From Utricularia gibba (Eukaryota > Plantae > Magnoliophyta), in NCBI GenBank assembly GCA_002189035.1, contig NEEC01000019.1, positions 1,736,001 through 1,800,000 of the forward strand: a stretch of 64,000 nucleotides of DNA, in the 5' to 3' direction. Each line of letters begins with the position of its first letter. The stretch's first letter is position 1. The notes beneath the pieces were generated by a model, which did not search any database, was not told where the DNA came from, and was given only the letters and a program-made list of their open reading frames with translations. Both the position numbers and the translations under genes were made by a program. Shown piece after piece: positions 1 to 11,726 of the stretch.

Positions 1-609
1 TGTACCCATTAAATGCGCATACAGCATCAATGTGATATCACTTGTACTATTTTATGAACGGTTAAAACTACTGATTGACTGCAAGTTTTGATCCATTTTC
101 TAATGAGTTTGGGGAGACATGTTTCACTTGGGAAGCAGTGTGGCAGGCGGGGTTTCTGCTGCGCATATGAGGGAGTTTCTCTTCTATGAAGATCTGCTCA
201 GGAAGATCCAGATCCATACTCCTGATCTGTTTAGCTGGTACCGAAAAATATGAAGATATTCATTAAATAATGATTCTTTTTTTCTCAGTATTTCCAAAAT
301 GGGTGTGGCCCAAATCATGTAAATGGGATTCGAAAGCCCTGAAATTATCCCAATTAAAGCAGCCCATGATAAGGCCCAAATGTTAACTAAAAATTACATA
401 TTTCATTTAGTGTTTTATAATCATGAATTCAATCTAAACATATGCCTATAATGTTTAATTTATTTAAAAAATAATTTGTTTCTTTAAATTTAAAACATAA
501 TTGAAAATTGCTATTCCGACAACTCATTATAAAAAAATATTCAGTTGAAATCTATAATTAAATTAAAAAATTAATTCAATCTATTTTTGAAACACCTTCT
601 CTGTTATCT

Positions 610-617
610 GTGGTCCC
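610..617 (+). promoter_or_regulatory. Class II TCP binding-site match (GTGGTCCC) upstream of MIR319
   Basis: Exact GTGGTCCC at 610-617, about 700 bp upstream of the TATA-like box at 1314; function is inferred only. Confidence 0.3.
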
Positions 618-1313
618 AAGAAGCCGAATGATTTAAATATATCATTGTTTACTAATAATAATAATAAAAGGGATACAATTTCTAAAAAGAAATTGCATTA
701 TGATGAATGGTGGAGATTTGAGATGACAAAGCGAAGTGACTACTCAAAGGACAAGTTTGGAATTGTGAAGAGACAGAGATAGAGGGCGAGGGCCCCTTTT
801 AAAACAAGTTTCTCTCCAAATCGATGAAAATCAATTTTTTACGTTAAAAAAAGTTAAAAAAAAATCATTATTTTCCCTTTTTTATATAAATTTTACCTAG
901 AAAAAAATGTAAGAAAAAGAAAGTATTTTATGATTAAAAATAACACGATTAGATTTTTTTTTTCCTGGGGAAGGACAAGCAGCATGTGAATAAAGGGTTC
1001 TTGTTGATTTCGTGCAGACTTGTCTTCATGGTACGCTTTCTTTTCAATGTCCCTTCGCACTGTAGAAATAGGTTAGGTTTTCATGACATGTCTTCTTTCT
1101 CGTGTTTCATTTGTAATCCTTTTTTGGGCTCTCTTCCAATTGTACAATTACCAGACTTTGTACATAAACTCATTTAGGAAAAAGATACATGAACTTGTTT
1201 ACATTTTCATTTGAATTTTCGAGCATCCCTACTTGTTTTTTCATGTATTTTGCTGTGTTTGCAATTTCTAACCCATCAAACTTTGAAATTACAGCCGCCT
1301 GCTGGCTCCCCTG

Positions 1314-1321
1314 TATATATA
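1314..1321 (+). promoter_or_regulatory. TATA-like box of the MIR319 primary transcript
   Basis: TATATATA about 85 bp upstream of the hairpin 5' arm. Confidence 0.45.
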
Positions 1322-1399
1322 CAGCCCTTCTGGTTCAATGTTCCCATGCTCCAGAAGTTGGGACTGGCTGCTTTCTTGTGATGTTTGGTGTCAATAAGG

Positions 1400-1585
1400 A
1401 AGGGAGGGAGCTTCCTCCAGTCCAGTCCATGGCAGCTCGAGGCTGAATACCCAGCTGCCGACTCGTCGGTTCGTGAGCTCGTTTGCAGTAACCAGCTCGA
1501 TGCAAATGGGGTTTCGATCCAATGATGCGGGAGCTGCGTTGAGTTTCCTCTGTCGCGTCTTGGACTGAAGGGAGCTCCCTCAGCT
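1400..1585 (+). ncRNA. MIR319: MIR319 precursor hairpin
   Basis: Mature TTGGACTGAAGGGAGCTCCCT at 1560-1580. Complementary star arm GGGAGCTTCCTCCAGTCCA at ~1406-1424. Loop-proximal blocks AGCTGCCGACTC (~1452) and AATGATGCGGGAG (~1521) are typical of MIR159/319 long hairpins. Confidence 0.95.
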
Positions 1586-1948
1586 TCTACTTCATCTGTT
1601 TCCCCTTTGCATTGCTAGTTTTGTTTCTCAATCAAGCAAATATACTCATGCAGCTCCATCCAACTTGATCTGCACGTGCCAAGATGGTGACATGCTTGAA
1701 AATGGTAGGGTTATGGTTCCTTGCGGCTCAATTTGGCTGATCTATTCTTCGTACAATGCACAAACACACACTAGAAAACAGGCTTCGCATTCCCCCACGT
1801 GATGGGAATGTAAAGACAATTTTTTACATCCTTAAAATAAAGTTTTAAAGAAAAGAAAGCGAGCAAAACCCTGCCCTAATACTAACTGTTATTTTCGAAC
1901 CTTCTGTATAAACAATGCGATCATGGGGTGATTCAAGAGATGATGGTT

Positions 1949-2925
1949 TCAAGTTTCGAAGCTTGGAATGACTCCCCGGATGCCATGAATCGACAGCCAC
2001 TCGTTGACATACATGTCGGGGAATGCAACTTCAACTCCATTGATCAGCAGAGCATCGCGATTGTCGTCTCTCGATACCTCCAAATCCAGTCCATTGAGGT
2101 TCTTTGAGATTACTGCGCCATTGTTCATCAGTTCGAGATCGCTCCATCTTGTCCTACACGGCGTCAAATGCCTCATGAACAGTGAACGATCCCTAGAAAA
2201 TCGCCTGAGAACTTCACTAATTCTTCATCAACTGGGGCGAAAACCGTCAGCCGTATCACGTCGTCTGTCAAACTTGCCGGATCAAGGAACCCCATCACTT
2301 GCAGATCAAGAAACGAGGCCATGATCGCGTACCCTCTTGACTTTAGAACCCGAGAAGCCTCTTCGAACTGGGAGACTCTCTGAACGACTTCGCCGCAGGG
2401 GAAGCTCGGGGCAGGGGTGGAGGAGTTTCTTTTATTTATCACCAGGGTGAAATTCACATCGAAGAAATCATGGATTCCGTAGACGATGACAAACCCGTCG
2501 TCGAAGATCGGGGATTCCGATACCCTAACGTTGTCGATCGAAACCGTATCGAGTCCGTTGGATGTCACGATGAGATGGCCGGAGTTCGAGAGAGATCGGA
2601 TGGTTGAGGAGTAAGGCAGGGAAACGAGTGACGTCTGAGATAGGAAAATCGGGGACAAATGTAGCAGGAGATGATCCTCCGACGGCTGTCCAGAAGAGGA
2701 AAACGCCGTGTCCGGCGGGGAAAAGATGGTGAGCGTTGAATTATTACCCAATGGCAGGGTATCGGAGATAAGTTGGAGGGTGAGCGACATCGCCGTGAAC
2801 CCAGAATTAGCTAGAGTTTCCACCGCCGAACGGAGAGATCCCCGTGAAGACGGGTGTGCGGCGGCGGAGAGAACGTAGAGAGTCGTCGCAATGCCGAGGC
2901 AGATCAGTCCTTGGAAAGATGGCAT
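1949..2925 (-). CDS. Fasciclin-like arabinogalactan protein (FLA19/20/21-type), single exon, one -1 frameshift near 2191-2200
   Basis: Signal peptide MPSFQGLICLGIATTLYVLSAAA; FAS motifs TIFSPPDTAF, VYGIHDFF, LTVFAPVDE and DMYVNEWLSIHGI. ORFs 2173-2964 and 1949-2176 join if one base is added at the AAAA run (2197-2200). Confidence 0.85.
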
Positions 2926-3227
2926 TGCTCTGCAACCCGCGGTCCTCTTTGGCGGGGTAAGCAACTCTTATTCAATTTAATAATTATTATTACATTTAAA
3001 ATCAGAAAAATGAGAAAAAGACAAGGCAAGCCACGCCCTAAAGTGAAGTAGATACCTAGTAGGAGGTGCATCTCTATTACAAACCTTTCTACTGAATGTG
3101 TATTAATTTTATTTCTTATAATATGTTTTTCATTTAATTTCACTTCATAATAATAAACCATAGCAGTGTGGGCCATGCCAAATCCCGGCTTCTTAAACCA
3201 TTCTTAAAAATTTAAAAATTTAAGGAG

Positions 3228-3445
3228 TATTATGGAAAATTTTTTATATCTATTTTTACTTTTTCAAAATTATTTTTAAAAAGTAAAAGTAAATTGTTTA
3301 TTAATTTTATAAAAATAAAATTTGTATTATAATTTTCAAATTATTTTTGATAGAATTAATTTTACAATTAATAATATTATTAAACAAAATTATTTTTACT
3401 TTTTGAAAAATAAAAATAAACTTTAAAAATTTCCCATAACAATGA
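3228..3445. mobile_element. ~220-bp AT-rich MITE-like element (family copy 1 of 3)
   Basis: Imperfect terminal inverted repeats TTATGGAAAATTTTT / AAAAATTTCCCATAA; internal TTTTCAAAATTATTTTT and AAAAGTAAAA motifs shared with 14632-14867 and 63181-63422. Confidence 0.5.
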
Positions 3446-6400
3446 TTTATTTTATTATATCATAAATATTTCTTGGAAAATGTAGTCGGTTTTGGTTCCA
3501 ATTCCATGTGTTGTAGTCAATCTATCAAGACGAATAATAATACATAAATATTTGAAATTAAAATAATCAAATGTATGATAAATTATAAATCATAATTAAT
3601 CAAATTAGATTTAATTTCTGTAATATTATTTATATTTATTATGTAGTTAGGTTTACATATGTTTGTACTATTCATCAGGGTATTTTTAATTTCAACATAA
3701 TCTGATTAAAATCGATTGTAAAGCGAACCGTACGGTTCCTCTTGTACCAGTTTTTCTATAATTTCTTTATAAATTTAAATATTTGTTTCTTATCATTTAT
3801 TTGAGATTATGACGTAATTGAAAGAAAGCCGTCAGTGCACGTGAATAGAGATAATTAAACAAATTAGTTTTTTTCACATTAATATTATTAAATTATTGTC
3901 ATTTATTGAGACATATATGGTAGGGTGTTGGTAGGTGAGATGCGCTGTTCGGGAGATCGGTAGGAGAGGTAGTTGGAGGTCAAGAAACATAATAAATATT
4001 TTTTTAATAAAGTATAAACAAATTGCATACAATAGGATGTATATATTTAATTATAATTCAAAAATCGAAATTAATTTGATTTACGAAGTAAAAAAATTCC
4101 AAAATTTACCAAAATTATAATGGAAGTATCGATTAAGACTGAAAAAAATATTTCGATCGAATTTTAAGATTATAGATCAAATTGTATCTAAATTGAGTTT
4201 ATAATTAAAATGATTGATCAAAATTTTCTTATAATTTCGAACATTCACCTGAAATTTCATATTTTGGTCCAAATCTATAACATGGAATTTTTCAAATCTC
4301 AACCGGGATCTAGCCGTACATCTTCTTTAATCTTTTGGGGGCCAGGAGGTGTAGGATAGATGGGTGGCCGATGATTTGGGAATAACTCCTCCGGTCGGAT
4401 GTTACGACAGGTCTCCTCTTCCATCCGCCAGTCAAGGAACCCCAAAAGTGTGTATCAAGAAACGAAGGCTGTCTGGTGGAATAGCTTTGTGCTGCTGAAA
4501 TACGTGTTTGGTGGATTGTCACAACTAAATCCATATTCGCCAAGGTCTGGGGTAAGCCAAATGACCATGTTGAAATTTAAGATTCGATGAATCATACAAA
4601 TGTAGACGTGAAATTTAATTATACAATAAACATAAATTATAATAGAAAAAATTAAAATCAATCGAATAATTGTGATATGTAGTTTTTATATATTTTACTA
4701 TTCTAATTTTATTTTAGGATATGATAGTGTGTATTGTAACCTTTTGTGTTGCCTAGCATTTTCTTTAAGAAAAAGAAAAACGGATGTATTTCCATGGTGA
4801 AGCACCCACCCACCTACTCTGAGGGCTCACAGCTTCTCTATTTCTATATGATGCCCCTTTCGTCACTTAGAGAACCTCATTGGGAGGGCACCTCCTCTCC
4901 ATGCCGCCACACGATTGCTTTTTCTATCTTTTCCTTCCTTATCATCATCTTCTACCAGCCCTGGGAAAGGAAAAGGAAAGCTTCTTGTTTGCTTGATAAT
5001 CTTTTGGGAGTAGCCCCGATCGACGATCGCGATCATGGATCTGGGAATAAGGTCTGTGGTTTCTGTGCGGGGCTTGCCGAGTGAGCAGTCTGGTTTGTAG
5101 ATAAACCTTTGTTTCGTTGTCTGTTCGACCTGATTATGGAGATCTTTGCTTTTCAACGAAAACTCTCTGTTACCCTCTTCTGATCAAGTTGTCTCCCAAA
5201 AGCTATTCTCATCATCTAGGTTTTTGATCTTTTGGCCTACTGCGATTTCAAAGTTTTACAATTTTCTCCATAGTAGTGAGGTCGGCACGACAACGAATCT
5301 AAGGTAAGACAAGCCGAGGACTGCTGGCTTGCTGAGTCATGGCATGGAAACCATTACCAGGAACCGTACACTGGAAGCACATATCTTGAAGAAGCTCCTT
5401 CTTGAAACCATTCATTGGCATCAGTTTTAGATTCCACACACACACAAAAAACTTTTTAAACCATGTTTCAAAGCAATCCCACCTTCTTCTTCTTCTTCCT
5501 TTTTTTTTTTTCTTGCAGTGAAGAACATCTTGAAGAGGCTGGGAGCTCGATCATCGATCGCCGTAAAGAAACTTCTTTGGTCACAGAAGATAGAAGAAAG
5601 AAGTTTGGCCTCTTAAAAGACATTCCCAGATCGTTGTTCGATGATTAAGAGAAACTTTCAAGACCAAGGAAATGTCTGTTCGCTCATTAGGGCAAGTTTA
5701 AACGATGCTCGAAAGCTTTCCTTTACATTCAATTATACGATAATTGTGTCTTGAACCAAACTCATACTTAACAAAAAGATATCATCATTAATCTTGGAGT
5801 GACAATAACAATGAATACTGAAGCAACGGTATGAAACTCCATGAGATACTTGCCAAGTTACACAACGCGTAGATGAGTCTCTAAATCTTGAGAACAAGTT
5901 GGTCCAGGATAACCTTGATCTTGTACTCGTGTAACAAACAAGAGTCCTTTTTGCTGTCAAAACAGATAAGTTTCCTCTGCTCTCAATCGGTTTGCCTTCT
6001 GTCTGAATCAGGCCTTCCCGCTTGCTAAAAACATTCACTTCATCCCACCAATTAGTTTCAAAGTGTATCTATCCATTCTGCTCATACGAACTGGTTTAGT
6101 TTCTGCAGAACTCCATCCTCGAATTCCCGTGTCTGTGCTTAGGCACCGAAAAAGGAACAAGGGTCTGTAATTGCATTGATCCACACGACGGCATTCAAGA
6201 GCAGGACGTGTGATCTGTTGATCCACACGATGCAATTGACATGCGACAGCATGTTCAGAAACCTCGAGCGGCGAGTATTGTCCTTTTACCTATTCACGAC
6301 AAGCCTTGTCCTGTCACTACCGCAATGGTGCTAGAAAGTTTCTCAAACCTTTTCTCCAAGTGGGGTGAGTAAATACAAATGCAAATTCCCGGAGTACCCT

Positions 6401-7463
6401 TTTCTTGCGAAAGTTAGCATGGGAAAAATAAAAGAAAAAAAGTAATTCAAAGATTTATATTGATTTTAAATTACATTTAAGATTTTAAAAAATACTTTCC
6501 TTTCACTTGTCTTTTCCTAAACATGGATAACATATTTAAAATTATCGTGATTTAAAAACTAAACTATTCGTTTGAAATAAATTTATCATCAATATATATT
6601 CAAAGTTACTACATTATGTTGAAATTATCAATCAAATGTATTGGACGAATATGCGTAAAGTTTTATTATATAATAAAAGTAAATTATATTAGAAAAAATT
6701 AGATTCAATATAATTTATAATTTTTTATGTATTTAATCTTTTCATTTTAATTTTTTCGTTGTGATATTGTTTTTGTCTAATACCATTATTCAACATAACA
6801 TAGTATGGAACTTGAAAGTATAACAAGAGGATTTAACATAAATTATGTTGCATTTATTTCGTAAGTTTCAATATTAAATAAATTAGAGATTGAAAGGGTT
6901 CTATTTAATTCTATGGGAGGCTTATTTAAACCTACATCTACCATTATTTACCTAATAATATATATTTTTACATCATATTACAATTTAAAAAAACTAATTC
7001 AATTACATTTTTTAATTAAATATAATAAATCAAATCAAACACTTACTATGTAGTAAGTCGTACCAATTTGTTTAGTCTCTACTGCGTTTTATGATTGACA
7101 TAATTGGAATAAAAAATGTTTAATATTGTTAATATTTATTTCGGGAAAGCAACTTAATGTTTTAAAGATAATATTAAAAGTTAAAATATTTTTTTTAATA
7201 AAAGCTATGTAATTGCTTATTTTATTTATATTTTTTTTATGAAAATAGTTATCAAATTTATTAAAACCATATTTTTATTAGCCACATACTTCTACATATT
7301 TCGAGAAAGTCACCCTTAGATAGTATGGGCAGCGAAGGTTCCAGATTTTCGGTCGTGGCATCCTCTGTTGCACGCCGCTTTCATAATATATATGGCTGTG
7401 CTTCCCCACTTTCGACGTCAATCAATGGTAGCGTTTCTGGGAGTATTTCTCGCTGAATCTGAA

Positions 7464-8148
7464 ATGGGTATTTCAAGATTGGGGAGTGGGAGGTCGCCGA
7501 CCCATTACAGCGTTCTTGGGCTGAACTCCAGCGCCTCCGATCATGAAATACGTCGCGCTTATCGACATCTCGCTAAGGTACTACATTTGTTGATCTGGTA
7601 ACTTAATCCGGGTTACGAAGTTGTGATTCTGAGAGTTGGTGAATTATCGCGCAGCAATGGCACCCGGATAAATGGACTAGAACCCCACGCCGGCTTGTTG
7701 AAGCGAAGCACAAGTTTCAGCAGATACAAGAAGCGTATTCGGTGCTTTCAGATAAGAAAAAGCGGTTGTTGTACGATACGGGGCTATATGATCAGAATGA
7801 TGAAGAAGATGAGGTATATTGGCACATTCCTCTTGTGAAAAGTGGATTTAAAGGAGAGGTTTCTACTTTCTAGAGTGTTGAATTGATGGTGTTTTGTAGT
7901 CCACGTTTCAGGGATTTGCTGATTTTGTTGAAGAAATGGTATCTCTTGTTAAGAAGGAGAAGCGGAGTTACAGTCTGCATGAACTACAGAGCATGTTCTG
8001 TGAAATGGCCGAAAGTTTTGAAGCTTCTTCGAATTTGGAGATGCCAAACACCTTTCAAAAGCCATCTCCAGATTCCCACGAGGTGTTTAGTCCTTTGGAT
8101 GCTGCGGAAACGATGCCGCACAACGCGCAACCGGGCCTTATTCTTTGA
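7464..8148 (+). CDS. Small J-domain (DnaJ type III) protein; exons 7464-7577, 7655-7813, 7912-8148
   Basis: HYSVLGL...[11 protein letters not shown]|QWHPDKW...[14 protein letters not shown] with intact HPD; GT-AG introns keep the frame; C-terminal [12 protein letters not shown]...[11 protein letters not shown] block. Confidence 0.9.
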
Positions 8149-9236
8149 GTTCCAGGATGCATGAGCACGATCCCTTCGAATAAATCACTGTACCGCATCC
8201 CCCCTGGTAGTCACAGTACAGATAAGACTGAGAGCCTCCGGGAACCAGTCGCACACCGTGTGTTCCGAAGAGTTGGGCTGTAAGACTGGGCTGTGTGTTG
8301 GCATAACGAGGCGCACAACAGCAAAAGGGGTGGGTGGCGGGCACACTCAGACAAGCAGAAAAGGGCGCTATCTCCTTCAATGACAACATCCGGAGAGATT
8401 TGTGGACGAGAAGAAGCCTGGGCCCTGGGAACGCCGACGTTTCCGCTGATAGCGACGGGTGGAAATGCCGATTCCGCATTATTTGGGCCTACCACTTAGA
8501 AGCCCATCAACATGTGAACCGCATGGCCCATCCCACTCATTTCATTTGCACATCAGCACTCCCCCCAGTCCCCAGGCCTTTGCCTCCATTTACATATTTT
8601 TACAGAGTATTTTATGAATGGTGGATTGATTGTTCTCTAAGTACGATTGTTTCTATCTAGTTGGTATTTAAACACAAAGGGAGTTACTTCATGTTGAAAT
8701 TAAAGATAGAACAAGTATAATAAAACATATGTAACATTAGAAAACATTAAGTTTAATTGATAATTCGTAATTTGTAATTTTTTTTATATATTTCGTTATT
8801 TTATTTTTAAATTTCAATACAAATTTTTTTATTCTAATTCTTCAAAGAGTACATGATCTCTGAATCCAACTATGCCTAAACTTTGTGTGAAGGTGGAGTT
8901 ATAAATAGGAAGTGTAGTTGGTTTGCTTCTCTATGTTTGACGCGTTATTTTGGAATCCTTTTAAAAAAATATCTATTTTGTATTTCTCTATCACATATTA
9001 AATATAAAAAATTACACATAGGATGCATACTTTTATCACACAATCATTTGACAGTAATTATTTTTCAAATCACCCGTTATTTTGATTATCTTTTCCGTCC
9101 ATGTAAAATCCTGATGATACGTTAGTGGAGGAGTAGATTCTTTCTGCTACAAGATGTTGCGAACGTAGGTGTCTGAGGATTAATGGCTGTCTAATTCATG
9201 CATTAACTACTGATGGTCCAAACCCCATATGCATGC

Positions 9237-9256
9237 GAGAGAGAGAGAGAGAGAGA
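9237..9256 (+). repeat. (GA)10 microsatellite
   Basis: Directly visible. Confidence 0.9.
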
Positions 9257-11726
9257 AACTGTACACGCACGCTAGATAACACAATTAAATACAGTTGTTG
9301 GGACATGAGAGAAGAAGAAGAAGAACAAGGAACATGGGGATGGGCCAATTGCAAAGGAGCAGACAATAATAATAATACTACATCAGAATTGTTTGGCAAT
9401 CGCAACCATGTCCTTCGATGTCGCTGGACCACGATCATCAATGAATGATGATGCCATATGCTTCAAAGTCGGGTAATTTACTCAGTGATCGTGCTACCAC
9501 CAAGGAAAGGAATTACAGACGAGCAGGCGGCGGGTGTGAATCCGGATCCATTGCCACGCAAGTCACACTCCTCACCCTCGACGGGTATGTTTAGAACATA
9601 CAAAATTTATATAATCAAGTATATAAAAAATTACAAATTATTAATAATCGGTTAAACATAATTTTTTTAATGTAATTTATATTTTTTATATACTTAGGTT
9701 TTATATGTACGTTCACCAAAACCATTAGATCTTGGATTTTAACATAATATTAGAAGGTATCAAATAATAATTCAAGTACTACCTATAATTATAAAAAAAA
9801 ACATAAGTTTTAAATGAATCGAACACTAATATGACTTGAGAATAGGTGTTAGAATATACAATACCATATTGGGATATAAAACTGAAATAGTAATTATATA
9901 AAAATTATAAATCATTAATAATTAATTGAATCTATTTTTTAATGTGATTAATATTTTTTTGTACTTAAATTTTATGTGTGTACTCAACCTACGTATCTAA
10001 TCTTGAATTTGAACAAGTATACCATTTCTTATGTGGATTCTCCCCTCCTCACTTTTCTCAACACATAAGACACCTACCAATGCCTTTCATCGATGAATAG
10101 TTTCGAGATTGCCCTGTAAAAAGGCGGATTCTTGGCATTCCCGTGACACTCTGAAAACAAGAAAAGGAATCACATGAAGAAGGTTAGTGTGGTGATGTGG
10201 GGGTGGGCGAAGGGCCATGACATGCGTCCCGGCGGGTCGGCGAGGGATGAGTTAAAGTCAGCGGGTGGGGGGCCATCCCCATGTATGCATGAGCCTGTCC
10301 CCATGTGTCTCCTCCATCATACCCACATGCATTGCATCTCCCTTACCTCTCTTGTACTTTATCTGTTTTTTTTTTTTTTTTTTACTTTTTTCTATATTTA
10401 AATGATCTGAAAAATATTTTATTTAGATTGTATGCATTACCTTCACCGCTCTCTTCTTCTTTTTTTTACATTCACAGTCAGCTGACGTAAACGTATGCCC
10501 ACATCATCCTTACTGGAAATTCCAAGGTTACCCCATTTACTCTCTTACCATTTCCATTAGGGGTGACATGGACTGGTATTTTTGCTGCAGAATGGGTATA
10601 CAACACAGAGTCGACCCCCCAAATGTTTCAGAAACACAACAATTTTTGCAGCAGAGGTTCAAAAATGTCAGCAGAAAGCGCTATGTTCTTGCACTGTTTG
10701 TTATTTCTATGTGATTGTTGTACATGACTAGTCGTACAGGCAACAGAAATGCTACTGTTTTCTGTAAAAACCCGTGAAAGATAAGGATTTCTCTGTAATC
10801 TTAAAAGTGATCTTGTGGGATGGTTCTGTAAGTGCCAGTAGAATCATTGTGTCGAGCTCAAAAGGCCTGGCAGATGCATATGGCCGAGACACAGAGAGGG
10901 ACCGGATCAGACCATCTTGTCTATTGAAAATGTTTCTAGAACCAAATTAATTGCACGGGTGCGTGAGAAAGGCGGATCAGTCTCACAACCCAACATCACT
11001 ATTATTTTCATTAACCCCCTAAAACTATCTTAAAAAAGCATACAAAGTTCGTAGATCGAGATGGGATACTGCAAGAGGGTTCAGTAATGCGTTTTTACTG
11101 CTCTTTTTTACCATAGAGAACAGAGAATCTTGAGAATTGGAAGCCCTGAAAAGCTCGTTACTTGCTTCGGCAGCAAAGTAACATGTAGGTGAACAGTCAT
11201 TCTTGGTCTTGCCTTTACTTTAAACTAAATACACTAAGCGGTAAAAAAAAAAAGCACAAAGTCAAGGCAAGGGAGATAAGTCTCTCTTTTCACACACAGA
11301 AAAATAACAACAGAAGCTACATTCAAGAGCTTGTTCTATGACATATTTTACACAAGTTGTGTTGCGCAGAGGGAATCACGTGAAAAACAACAGCAACTCA
11401 TGAGAAATATATCGAAGAACAAGCTCTCAATAGGATTATCATTCGGTACATTATTTCGGAACCCCAATAACTTCGACATCTATCTCCAACATAAGTTCAA
11501 CACCAGGATCAGGGAATCGATAATCGGAGCCAGTTGAGTATACGAGGATCTGGAAAATGTATGCATGCTTTTACTCCTCGAGATGGGTCTCTGAGTTTTT
11601 TGGCAAACCTTGTTATGCTCCGCCGTGAAAAGGCGTTTAACGGGGACTCGATCTACGTCAGGCCATTCGGACAAAAAGAATCATGGTACGCCGGTCGTCA
11701 CTGTTAATTCTGGTCTGTAGTAGTTC

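Noticed and set aside
119-253. 44-codon ORF MFHLGSS...HMREFLFYEDLLRKIQ at the window start
   Set aside because: Could be a terminal exon of an upstream gene, but there is no recognisable motif and the context lies outside the window
1297-1320. miR160-like string CTGCTGGCTCCCCTGTAT just upstream of MIR319
   Set aside because: Two indels relative to miR160, no complementary star arm nearby, and it overlaps the TATA box; most likely chance
8161-8520. Overlapping ORFs on both strands just after the DnaJ stop (e.g. ...FNDNIRRDLW...GWKCRFRIIWAYHL)
   Set aside because: No ATG-initiated long frame and no recognisable family; the J-protein is already complete. Left unresolved pending BLASTx
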